NCBI GenBank assembly: GCA_964187785.1
Contig: OZ076418.1
Span: 15,748,001 to 15,812,000, forward strand
From: Amphiscolops sp. MND2022
Taxonomy: Eukaryota
Reading direction: 5' to 3'
DNA length: 64,000 bases
Position numbers and translations under genes: made by a program. The notes below the pieces were generated by a model. It was not told the origin of the DNA. It made no database searches and saw only the letters and a list, made by a program, of their open reading frames with translations. Of the stretch, positions 1 through 12,000 are shown piece after piece (position 1 is the stretch's first letter; each line of letters begins with the position of its first letter).

Positions 1-3000
1 GCTGCGGGCCATTTGCTAAATCGGTCCATTGAAAGTAAAATGTAGAATTTTTGATTCTTTTCGCTTATGGGGCCGATGAAATCCATTTGGATTTCTTCGT
101 TCGGTTTATTTACGGTTGGTAATTGACTTACTTCCGTACTAGGAATGTTAGGTTTAATGCTCTTACCGGACATTTTGCACGGTACACAGCCGTCGCACTT
201 TTTCTGGATAGCTTCCGTCAACTTTGGCCACCAGAAGTGTCTTGCTGCCATCAACATCTTGTTAATGGCGGGATGTCCCTTGTGAAGGAGGCTAATTATT
301 GTGTTCCGTAGGTTCTTCGGGACAATTATTCTATCTTCGAAGAATACCAATCCGTATCTGGTGGAGAGCTTTTTCTTGTACATGGTGTATTCCTCGGGCA
401 TGTTGTCGTGTTGTTGGCGTTCCAGACATACCAGCGTTTTGAGGAGGCTAGGGTCATTTGTGGTCTCCGACATAAGTAATTGGAGATCTGTGGAGAAATT
501 CTTTTCGGTTTCTCTGACGGCGTTCCCCAGGTCCCAATTGTTTTGTTCCTCAGCGTCTACTCTGGGAGCGTGACCCATCTTTATGTACTGGACGCTTTTG
601 ACGCCCACGTATTTGGCCCAATTGATGGCCGGAACTTCTAGGACGGACGGGTCCTGATCGGTGTCTGATCCGATTTCGCCTTCTTCCATTGGGGCGTACA
701 GTGTGACCGGAGATGATGTCCCGGGTTGCTCTTGTGGTCGCTGTGGGCGATCTAGTTCCCAGAATGGGTCAACGGTCCATTGTTCATTTAGCCGTTGTTG
801 TGGCTGAAAACCCTGCGGTTGTTGTTGTTGTTGTCCCGGTAAGTTTTGTATGGCTAATTGTAGGCGCTCTTCTATTATTTTCCGTTCGTTCCGGAGAAAT
901 TTTGGCTCGTGGTATTTCTTCCAACGGCCACCGGATTGTCTGTAAATGCCCGGTTTTACTATGTCTCTCCATCGGGCTATCAGTTGTCTGGTTTCTGCAG
1001 ACGAGTCTGCGGCTTCAAGATTGTCTATGGTTGTAGCGTCCATAGTTAAGCTGTTCGAATTTGCGATAGAATTGATGCAACTTTCTGGCGGTCGATTAAG
1101 GCAAGCAATGGCAGTTTGTTCACGCGTTTTGGAATGTTTCGATTCACTAATCCGAGTCGCGTCGTGTGATTGGTTGAAATGGTTGCTAAGGCAACCGTAT
1201 TTGGCTACGAATTTGTAGTGCGGGACGATGTTGTTGATTACGTATTCTTCGTCGTATGCGTCATCTGCTTGCGGTGGTGCTGACGGATTACGACTGAGAT
1301 AATCCGTGAGCGCTAAGTGTTTACCAGCAATATGGCTTACGTTGATTGAAAAGTGAGCTAATCGGTCGAGCCATCTAGTTAGCCGTGCGCTGTATGTTTT
1401 GTTTGAACGGTTTCGTTTAATTAATGATTCTAGAGCTTGGTGGTCCGTAAGTAATTTTATCGGTTTTCCGTATATGTATAAACGGAAGTGTTCAAGCCCC
1501 CATACCACCGCTAATAGCTCCAGTTCGTTAATGGCGTATTTCTTTTCCGTGTCTGAAAGGAAGCGACTGGCAAATCCGATCGGTTTTAGTTTACCGTCCG
1601 GTTGTTCTTGCCATAGTGTAGCCCCAAGGCCCTTTGTGCTGGCGTCTGTGGTAATTATGTTCGGGTAATTAGAATTGTAGTGCGCCAGACACGGCATTTC
1701 CGTGATTTTTTGTTTTAAATTTTCAAATGCTTCCGTGTGTTCCTCGGTCCAAATCCAGTCATTATCCTTCTTTAGCAGTTGTCTTAAAACGTCCGTTTGT
1801 GCTGAGAAATTTTCTATGTACTTTGACAAATATTGGATTGCTCCGAGGAATGATTTAAGTTCCTTTTCATTCTCCGGTTTCTTCAAGTTTTTAATCGCCA
1901 GTAACTTGTCTTGTAACGGTCTAATTCCGTTTTGGTCAATTTTATGTCCAATCCATTCAATTTCGGTTTTGAACAACTCCGATTTGCTTTCGCTCAGTCT
2001 GTAACCGGCGTTTTCCAGTTTTGATAGTACGTCGGTTAATTCCTCCAAATGTTTTTGTTTGGAGCCTTTTGTTACGACTATGATGTCGTCTGACCATGCT
2101 GGGTGTTTATTTTCCAGTGTTTGGTCAATTTTCTCTTGAAATATCGTCGGGATGTCGGCTAGCCCGTAAAAGCATTTTAAAAATTGGTAATAACCGGTAA
2201 AGTTTCCCCCGGTTACTGCGAAGATACATAAGTCCATTGCCTATTTTGATAGTCTAAGTTGACCGTATGCATAATCTAAATCGAACTTCGAGATCCAGAT
2301 TTCGTCCGCCGGTCCGTCTGCAACTTTTCTGGAGATTCTTGATATTAATTCCTCCATATTGGGCATTTGTGCCTTTCTTTTTAATGTTATTTCGTTTAGT
2401 TTTCTTGAGTCCAGTGCGATTTTTACCGACTTATCTTTTTTAATGGTGATTACCGCTGGGCTTACGAAGCAATTTTCGTCAATGTTTTCAGCTTTTTCGA
2501 TGTGGCCCAAATTTTTCAATTTTTCGATTTCTTTAGCCACTGCTTGTTGCAAATGGATAGGATTGGGTCTACCTTTTTGTTGGATTAGTTTTGCGTCGTC
2601 TTTTAATTGTATATCAACTTCCACGTTTTTTACCGTGTGGTTTGTTGAAAATAATTTGTGGAACTTACTTTTCAGTGCTGTTATATCGCGTTCCGAGTTG
2701 CAGTTGATTTGGTTCGGTTTGTCGGTGATGTGTTTTATTGTTTGGGTGTTATTGTCCGTGTTGAGTGTGATTCCGAGTTTTCCCATCCAGTCTAATCCGA
2801 GTAGTGGGTGTGTTTGTTTAGTTGTTACCAGTAATTCCAGTTGTCTCTCTCTACCGTCTATTCTTATGTTGGCGGTTGTTTTCCCTTCAAATTTTATTTT
2901 GTTGTCGTTCACGTCCCGGTAATCTATAGTTACCGGCTTCATTGTTGTAATATTGTTGAATTTTGATTTTGGAATTAGAGTTATTGGTGAGCCTGTATCG

Positions 3001-4097
3001 ACGATGAATTTGATTGGTCGGTTATTGACCAATAACGTTTTGGTATAGAACGGTAGTCCGTTCTTACTTCCATTGCCCAGTGAATTGATTTTTTGTTGAA
3101 TTGAGTGTATTCTGTCTGGTGTCCACTCGTCTTCGTCTGCGCTATATGCTTCCTCGTCTGCTATATGGTTTATTTTCCTCCCGGACCGGCAGCATTTGGC
3201 GTAATGTCCCAATTTACCGCATTTGGCACATTTATTTCCTTTTGCGGGGCATTCGTGTTGTTTGGACCAATTAGGCGCTCCGCACCTATTACAGTCCAGT
3301 CTTCTCGCGGTCTTCGGGTTTCGTTCGGTATGTTCTTTTCCATACTTTAAATTTCTTTTTTCCACATGTCTGATTTTTTTGTCTTCGTCAGTTTCTGGAG
3401 ATTCATTTAGTTTTTCATACATGTACTCATGTATTGCCTCTGTGATAGCCTCCACTGACATGTCACTTTTTCTAATTTTCTTTTTTAATTCGTAGTCGCC
3501 TGTGGATTTCCCTATGAGCGATAAGAATTTTGAGGCCAAAAGTTCGGCTGCCGTAATGGTTTCGAACTCGCAGTTTTTTTCCACCTCCAGTATTCTCTTC
3601 CAGACGTCTGCGGCCGTTTCGTTTGATTCTCTTTTCAAATCAAAAAAATCGGCCCTGCTGTGTTGTACGTTCCGTTCTGGAGTGAAATGTAGTCGGAATA
3701 GGCTGTATAGTCTATGTAACGGTAGAGTGCTGGGTTCTCGTTCTCTCACCGTTTTTGTCATTTCTGATAGGGCACTTTGTCCAATTGCCCAAAGAAACGT
3801 GTCTTTGATTTCTAGTTCCAGTTGATCGCGGAATTGTGGCAGGATTTCTTTTGGATTTACCATTTGTGATAAATCGATGTCTTTTGTCATTTTAATATAT
3901 TGGACAAATTTTTGCCACCACAAATTTGCGCTGGAGCTGTCGTGTTTTTCTAAGCTGGGAATGGTCAATTTCTGGGTACATGTCTGTTCTCCCGCTCTTG
4001 TTGTTGTTTCATTGGGTATCAACTGGCTGCTGGATGATTGATCGGTTGCCCGGTCAGGCTGTTCCCCCATTGGAAGGGTGGTGTTCGTGTCTTCCAT
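1..4097 (-). pseudogene. gag-pol of element A, single reading frame, disrupted
   Basis: ORF 2241..4097 (618 aa) stops at a TAG inside RT; the same frame resumes (AMDLCIFAVTGGNF..). At least one further frameshift lies between RNase H and integrase (about 700-800). Confidence 0.9.
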
Positions 4098-4155
4098 TCT
4101 TTGGTAATTGATGGGCTGATCACGAATATTTGTGGTGAATGTCAGTTACACTGAC

Positions 4156-4168
4156 ACTGACTGCGCCA
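4156..4168 (-). other. Primer-binding site of element A (TGGCGCAGTCAGT, tRNA-Ser-like)
   Basis: TGG start abuts the LTR CA end; resembles the TGGCGCAGTCGG tRNA-Ser PBS of insect Gypsy elements. Confidence 0.7.
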
Positions 4169-4373
4169 TGTTGTAACTTTATGATACAAGAATTTACTTT
4201 CTATCAAGACTGTATTTTATCTCGTAGCTTTTGTTATTAAACGAACTTTAGTATGATAAAGATGATACAGTATAGGCAGGTACTTCAGACTAATTAAATA
4301 ACAATAAGAATAATAGTGTCTGAAGTATAAAGTTTGTCCTCTAGCTTATTCAGCTATGCCACAGTACACTACA
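4169..4373 (-). repeat. 5' LTR of element A (205 bp, TG..CA)
   Basis: Minus strand begins TGTAGTGT and ends TTACAACA, directly followed by the PBS. The second LTR is outside the window, so the outer boundary is inferred. Confidence 0.7.
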
Positions 4374-6396
4374 TGGGTTTAGCACATAGAAGGCAATGCG
4401 TCGAATTGAACAGGGTTAACGAAATTGCTCTTTGTAGCAACATGAGAAGTCCAACAGGTTTTTGTTACAGGTCCATTCATCTTCCTTATCTTTGTTAACG
4501 ATCTTTCTTCTAATTTGAACTAGAGTCGAAAAACTTCGTTGCTGATGGCAATATTTCATAATATCGTTCGAAGTATAACAAAAAACCACAGCCGATATCC
4601 ACAATGTTAGAAAATACCTTCTTACAAACAAATTTATTTTCAAAGTACAAAAATAATGCTAAACCTGCTGGCTTTGGCTGCTCCGTGCTTCCTAAAAAGC
4701 GTTTCGCTTTGAAATATCATTGAAACCTTACCGCTTAAACTATCGTGTTCAAATATTTATTATATTTTTGTACGAATGAAACAACTTTTTTCCAGCCGAT
4801 GCTTGCTTTTGAAATAAAAGACAATGGCAAAACTGAATTAAACGTTTACTTGGATGGCATTAGGCTGTATTGCGACTACTAATTGCGAAATTATTGGATA
4901 ATTTAAAACAGTACATGAAATATAGATATCTTGAATGATCTAAAGAGCAGAAATTACAGAAATTAGAATTCAATTTGCGGCTGAAAGAAATTGAAAGAAT
5001 TAGCCTCAGTCAAAAACAAGGCTCAACTCATACTGCTTCAACAAAACTGGCGATGGAAAATATTTCATCTGTCGGTTGAATCTGTGTCGAAAATGTTTGA
5101 ATCACAAATAATGCCACTAACTAGCTTGCAACTGTTAACAATTATACGATTATCATCTTTGGAGTATCATGATACTCCAAAGATGATAATCGTATAATTG
5201 TTACAGTTCATTATATTCTACGTTGATGGAAGCTATTCATCTTCTCGAATAACTGCAAAATGAGCCTAACTTTCAATTCTTCCTCGTTTCTCAACACAGC
5301 CAAAGATGCATTGAGCGTAAACAACTGAATTGCCTCAAATGCTAAGCAAGAAGTGAACTCCGCTCAAGACTCAACAAACGTAAAATTTCAAAAAGATGCT
5401 CAAGGCGGCGGCCATTAAGAAACTCATAAATATTAAAGTGACAATTGTTTAAAGACATCCAAACAGTGCTGTTGGGATCGAAAAACTATTTTCTCTCGAA
5501 CTTGAAACATGAAAAAACTCAAATTGGTTTTAAAAATCCAACTTCTTCTAAAACATGTCTCAGTGCCGAAAAACCTGAAGAATTGCCCTTTGGGTTCGAA
5601 AAATGAAGAGGGGACGCTTTGGAGAAATAAAAACTTCTCGAAAAAACTCTCACAGTGCTGAAAAAAACTAAAAAGAGGTTCAAACGGCGAATGATGCGTT
5701 TTGTTGATCAGAAAACAAAAGATAAATTTTAAACTTGAGCAAAGTATGAAACAACGAATAAAGACTAGTCACGTTTTGTGGAAGTCTTAATTGAAAAATT
5801 TTTATAATTGAAAAAATTTCACTATAACAAAAATCACGAAACGGTTAGCGCTTTTGGCAGACATAAAAAAGGGCAATGTTCAGGGTATGCACGAAAGAAA
5901 CGAAAGCATTACGGAAGTTTTTTCTCAATGGGTCAAATGGTGGGCCTTCAATCAAAGTATAGAAAGCGATTTCGAAAGTGGTTATGGTCTGATTTGGTAT
6001 CGGAGCGAATGAAACTACTACACAGTTTTTTTCTAAACTCTTGATGAATTCAAAAATTAGACTGAGCACTTTGTTCACCCACGGCAATACCAACGTGAAC
6101 CTGTGAGTATAACGTCAAGCTAGTGACTCACATAACAGAACTGGGAAAATGCTCAGGTTGCCTAGACGGCAGACCATGCTCCTAAAGCTAACCTAAACAG
6201 TAGTTTTTGTTTAAATGTCTTCTAAGGGACTTTTTCAATCGTCGAAGGAGACTCCTGAAATTAGAGCTCCGTGGCGAGGTGCTGGCACACTCAAAGTCCG
6301 GACAAGTCCCACATGCCTGCAAAAACGTATCTTAAGGTTCCTGCATACTCTTGAAGTCCAAAAATGAGGTTCAGCTTAGGTACATTATATTTCCAG

Positions 6397-7803
6397 TGTG
6401 ATGATCGGCCTCTTCCAGTCTGGTTTCGTTTATAACTATGGTTTCATCTAGAGTCTCATTTGCAATTCCAATCGGAGTATATGATTGTGTTAATTCGCTC
6501 ATTTCGGATGAGTAAAACCGATCACCTTGATCTGTTTCTATTGTCATGTTTGATGCGTGTTTACTCCTGAGACCCTTGGTTTTTGGGTTAGAAGGACCGG
6601 GCTGCCTGCTCTCAACATCCTCTTCATCAGTTGTTATGTTATAGTTTTTGTTTGTTCTGATTTCTTTAGGTATTTCTTCAAATTAGCTATTCAGTTGATG
6701 CTCAATTTGTGTCATCTTGTTATTGTTTTGTTCAGACAGCCCCTTTGGGTACTTATTTCTATCTCATTACTGATTTGTGATGGTTCCGTTAGTTCGCTAC
6801 CTAAGTTCCTGTCAAAAACGTTATTAACATTTTTTTTTCAGAAACATTAGTTAAAGTCGCATTACCTTGTAGAAGGCTTGTTTCTGACATATTCTCGTCT
6901 CTATCCGAAGATTGAGATTCAATTCTCCTCGTACGTCTGTTCTTTCTATTTCCCATGTTGAAAACAACTTTTGGTTGAGGAAATTTTTGAATTTCAAAGA
7001 TATTGTTGGAAATGAAAACTCGGGGTTATCTTTACAAAGAAAGAAACTGCAAGGTTTGGGGGTGATGAAAAGTGTTTCTCTGGTTTTTAGAGACTGTATT
7101 CTGTGTGTTATTCCAGTTGAATGATTGTGGGTAAAAACTGATTTCGAAGGTGTCTTTCAAAATGATTTCATTGGGTGTTATTTCTAGTAGCATGACCAGC
7201 AATTTTATGCAAATCAACATTACGTCATGTTTCTAGGGTCAGAAGTTAAAAATAAATCATGACATCATGTCCCTAGAAGGTCTAAATAGAGCATCAAGGT
7301 AGCGGCGGATTAATGTGTAATATTATGCAATTTATGCTGTTTTCCGATATAATTCTGCATATGCAGTTTTATGAATACCGCCCTAATACAGTATGATTGA
7401 GCTGTGTCGCGCTGTTGGCGTTCAATATGCTGTTTTCAAGTGTGAACATCATGCCGTTTCCTTGAGTTCCCTTCATATGCTGTTTTTGAGCTGAATCATC
7501 ATGCTGTTTCTGGGTAACTTCCGCATATGCTGTTTCTGAGTTGAATCATCATGCTGTTTTTGGGTGATTTCCGCATATGCTGATTCTGAGTTAACTCATT
7601 ATGCTGTTTTTGGGTGATTTCCGCATATGCTGTTTCTGAGTTGAATATTTGAGAACAAATTTCTCAGTTTGTGGTTCAGTTTGCATGTTTTCCAAAGTCT
7701 ATAAGGCTGGCGTTGGATCTTCGGACATTGTGAAGGATGTTGCAGTGTTGATCTGCTTACCGGTGCTGCACTCCGGACATCTCGCAAGGGTAGCCGGGCG
7801 ACA
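6397..7803 (-). mobile_element. Solo LTR (1407 bp) of a family related to element C, with TCCAG TSD
   Basis: TCCAG lies at 6392-6396 and 7804-7808. Ends TGTGATGATC.. and ..GGGCGACA match element C LTR ends TGTGATAATC.. and ..GACGCGACA. It contains a decayed gag N-terminus from ATG 6956 (MGNRKNRRTRRIE..QGNATLTN..EPSQISNEI). Confidence 0.85.
7474..7650. repeat. 50-bp tandem repeat (about 3.5 copies) in U3 of the solo LTR
   Basis: CATATGCTG recurs at 7474, 7524, 7574 and 7624; each unit has two ~25-bp subunits. Confidence 0.9.
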
Positions 7804-8229
7804 TCCAGAATAGTATCTAAAATTCCAATTACAAGGATCTGCTAGATCCAGAAGCACCAAAAACCTGTGAAAAAACATCGATGACACTCGAATCATTCAC
7901 TTTGAGTTCTTCTAGCACTCTCATGCAGGTTTTGGGTTTTTCTCCAGGATCCATGAACAGGCGATACCTTATTTCTGGGTCTTCTAAGGCATTTTCCGGG
8001 GTAAAATGGCACAACACGGTGTTTTTCTGTCAGTTCTCAGCTTCTTCGGGGTCCTTGTCAGTGTCTACGGGGATTTCGGGGATTCGGGCGGGGTGTATTG
8101 TTGTTTTTTTAATCTTCCTTTTCGATTTTCAGTACCTGCTAGGTCGCCATCTTGATTTTGTACTTTTTGGCTATCGCACACTTGTGAATCTTCATCGAAA
8201 TTTTGGAAAACTTTTGTAGCATCAGTTGC

Positions 8230-8440
8230 TGGACGTTACATGGCAATATTGGTTCGACATATATACTTTGATGGTTTAATGGTAAATGCGACAAACGTCT
8301 TGAGCAACTGAAAACGGCTATACAAAATGCCTGGTATGATTTGGATATTGGCATAACTCGAAATCTTGTGAGCTCATTTCCAAAAGCCTAATCGACAATG
8401 TTGCAGCGAAAAGGCGATCCACCAAGCACTTCTAAGTGAA
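8230..8440 (+). mobile_element. Tc1/mariner transposase C-terminal remnant
   Basis: Reads EQLKTAIQNAWYDLDIGITRNLVSSFPKA*STMLQRKG, matching the Tc1 C-terminal pattern L..AI..AW..I......LV.SMP.R...VI...G. Confidence 0.5.
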
Positions 8441-8821
8441 TCTCTTCTCCTCTGAGTTTTTAAAAGAAGAATACAATTTTTCTTACTTTTTCATTTTCCA
8501 CATGTGCGTTTCATTCATGTGAAGTTTGACGAATCGTGATAATTCTGTAAACATCTGTGTTTTGGTACAATCAAGAAGTCCAGTTAATACATAATTTGTT
8601 TTTGTTATTCATGTATCGTTTTGAAAATGGTTGTTTCCAAAATTCAGAAAAAAATGAAAAGTTTTGTTTTTAGCCAGGGTTCAGTATTGGGAAAAATCCA
8701 GAAGACTGACTGAAAATGTTGTTTTCCAATAACGTTGAAGAGATGTACACAATCATAAATTAATTATATTGTTTACATATGAACTGCTTATGTAATGTTT
8801 GTTTCGTAATATAGCACTGAC

Positions 8822-9042
8822 CTGGTAGCAGAAGTGATTTTTTCGATTGATGACATGAAAATGTCAGCCACAATGGCGATTCCCATGAAACAGTAGATCA
8901 TGCCAATGGAATAGAGCAGGGCTCGAACCACGGTACTCCACTCTGACTCATTCACTATGGGGAGCATTAGTCCCCTGTCACTGCACTTGTACGTGGAAGG
9001 ACACGTATACACAGTCGTGCAGTTAGTGGTAGCCGAGGCCAT
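8822..9042 (-). CDS. SLC8A: First coding exon of a sodium/calcium exchanger (NCX, SLC8 family)
   Basis: YKCSDRGLMLPIVNESEWSTVVRALLYSIGMIYCFMGIAIVADIFMSSIEKITSATR matches the NCX TM1 region (ARAIVYFVAMVYMFLGVSIIADRFMSSIEVITS). Donor AG|GTCAGT at 8822/8821. No further NCX exon was recognised in 1-8800. Confidence 0.88.
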
Positions 9043-12000
9043 GATATTTAATTATTCAATTAATTAAAATAATAACTAAATTCGAAAAAAAAATTGAAAC
9101 AATGCCCAGATGTTAAAGTTGAAGTTGAAGCGGTTATCAGGAAAGGCTTTTGAGGACGGTTTTTTGGGAAAGTAATTATAATATCACTAATAGGTAATTG
9201 ACTGAATTGATTAGGGGTAAAAATTGCTTGAAAGTTACAAAGGTAAGAATTTAAAAGTCGGTAGAAATCGAAGGCGCATCGGGTTGATGTTGAAGAGTTG
9301 TGATTGATTCATTGAAGTAGTTTTGGCCGAAAGTTACACCGAAACTCCAATTTAAAACAAGATCTCACATGACTGAGTCAGGTTTGTAGAGTCAGCTTTG
9401 GAAAGTATAGTTTGAAACTGCAACTGTAGAAACTTTCGAATGTTGACTATTTTCTCAACTTTCAAGGGACGCTTTGCAGGAATTTTTGGGCAAATTTCTT
9501 AACAAACCAAGAATTTTTCTATTCTACAGAGGAAGAGAAAATTGCTCAAGTAGTAGATTCAAAACAGAAAAGTTTGGGTGGAATAATCAATCAGTCTCAG
9601 TATAAAATCACTTTCAGTGGTATAATCAAACGAGTTGAATTCATAACACAGATTAGATTGTGTAATCCCATATGAGTATCAAAAAAAGCAAGTTTCGTAA
9701 AATCAATCAATCATTTGTAAATAATTGCGAACATGTTCATCGAATATGTATGTATATACATCATGTTAAGATCAATGTAAATCAATATTTCCATGATTCT
9801 ATGTTTTCCCCTCAATCCAAAACATGTTAACCACTGCTGCTCAGACCAAATTTCCGAGACAGTGGAAAAACGTTTGAAAAAGGCAAAAATTGGATGAATG
9901 GGAAAATAAAAAGGAAAAATAAGGAGACAAAAGAAACGTCCAGGACAAGTTACATAAAAACCGTTTCAGTTGTATGAGCTTCAATAAATGCAAAAAAAAA
10001 CATGATGAGAAACGAACACACATCTTTCAAATTCATGCAAGCTTTATAATTTTTTTCTTGTTTTTTCCTTCATTCCAGTATATGTTTTTACCTTTCTGGT
10101 GTTCATTTCTTGTTTTTTTTTCATCCAGTGGAAAGAACACCTATTTGGAATCCAATCCAAAAACACGTGAACGAATTGAACAAAAACATGAACTAAATGT
10201 TACCGCGCTTTTTGGTTGGTACTATATTGATACCTGTTTTCTGGCAATGCTAAATGTTCCCGTATAGCCGCATTATTATGGAAACTAGATTTTTACTGAT
10301 CACTGATTTGTTACTGGAAAAATGGGAAGTGAAACGTCCAAGACGACAGTTCCGTATACACATAAACAAACGCACGAAAACCATATAGTGATAGAGTGCA
10401 TGAATTTAATACAAAAAACATACAAAGACTCCTGCAAAAATCACCTGCTGAAATCAGAAAACGTGGTGATGGAAAACGTTTTCGCTGGCTTTTAATGCAC
10501 AGTTCGCCGGCAGTGAACGGCGCCGTAAATCCTGTAAAGAAAATCGATGGTCATGCAAAATTCATGCAAGATTTTTAGAGTCTCTTTGAAGCGGATTTGG
10601 ATTAGGACCAAAGAGGAATAAAAGAAGCGAAGATTGGTTTTGAAACAAATCTTGCCGCCAGAGATTTGACTTCAAGCTCAGACATTGAGTTGTCATTGAA
10701 GCTCAAAATTCGAGGCCATTTTTCGAAATAAATTGAAACCAAAATCATTTGAAGGGGAATTTGCAAAAATATTCATCACTGCAGTTTTTCAATGATTGTT
10801 GACACTTACAGTATAGTCTCAAAAAGTTTGAGAAGGCAAGTTTTTTTTTAAAAAAAACAGTAATTCCGAACAAAAATGATGTCAAAACAGAAATTAGTCT
10901 TAAGCAAAAATATTAATAGCGTGTAAATATGCCATCAATAGAGTAGTTTCAAACGTCTATGAATGCTCTCGTAGATGTTTTGGACAATCTCCACTTCCAT
11001 GGAATTCCAATTTTTGAATACTTTCTTCCAGCTTTCCCTAAAATTGTTTTAAGAGTTTTTTCCTAACAGCAGCCCATGAGTTTTCTATGATATTCAAATC
11101 CGAAATGTAAGATGACCAATCAAGAAAGTTCCACCCGGCAAAAACTTCTGATGGTTTCATTCGTGTGTATGGGTGCATTATCATGATGGGAAACTGTGGT
11201 AGATGTTCAATTCCCCTTCCCACTTAGTGCTTTAAAACGACAATTGTGAGAAAATTTGCATTCAATAACAACGTGCAAAATGTAACCAAAGTGGCAAAGT
11301 TCGCACAACTGCCACAACTGAGTTTATCGTTCATAATACAGTTTGCACACTAATTCTCTTCTTACGCGAATTGCAGTTGACACGCAGGTCTATAACATGG
11401 CGCTGCGAGCAGACAAAGATAGCTCCAATTCACCACTGACATGAATGACTTATTTCTGGCAAGATGCCGACAACCACCCAGTTATGATTGGGAGCAATGG
11501 AGAAAACTTTTTGAAATCGCTTCATTAGCAAGACACTCCATTTCCATGACAGAACTCCGTCGTGACGTTAATCAAAGGAACCCCAGAGAAGCGGCATTGA
11601 TAGGGATTTTGGAAGAAATGCATGCAAAGAGAAAAGTAGTTAGCCTTTTCTACATTTCCATCGGAGAGACTGGACGGAAGATGCTGATGGACAAGTTTCC
11701 CCATATCAACATTTAAACAATTCAATTACAAGATACTGCACAACACTGTACAGAACGTTTTGAAGTACGACGTAACCGAACCCTCAATTGACATACATTC
11801 TTCTCCCGAAAACAGGAGCCGAACGAAACCTTACATCAATTCTGGAATATTTGAACGGACTCGCGGCAAGGTGTGATTTTGAAAATCAGACAGATGGGCT
11901 TGTTTATGATATTTTCGTCTTAAATATGGCAAACAAGCAAGTATAGGAAGAACACTGTACTGAACCAAAGGACAACCCAGCGGACGCCGTTCATATCGCA

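Larger units (their letters stand above)
1..4373 (-). mobile_element. Ty3/Gypsy LTR retrotransposon A, 5' part (runs off the left edge within integrase)
   Basis: Minus strand shows LTR, PBS, then gag (CCHC knuckle CAKCGKLGHYAKCC), protease (FIVDTGSP), RT (KIALDSRKLN, FDLDYAYGQL, AWSDDII), RNase H (TTDASTKGLG, ELELLAVVWG) and integrase (HKGH..CVPC, MDFIGP, SMDRFSKWP). PR-RT-RH-IN order is the Ty3/Gypsy order. Confidence 0.95.

Noticed and set aside
2241-2243. Programmed stop-codon readthrough in element A
   Set aside because: The TAG lies inside RT rather than at a gag/pol boundary, and the copy has other lesions (WSDD active site, downstream frameshift); mutation is simpler.
7810-8130. Coding-looking minus-strand stretch next to the solo LTR (ORF 7829..8017)
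   Set aside because: It contains a stop, matches no family I recognise (including NCX), and lies outside the LTR TSD; left unassigned.
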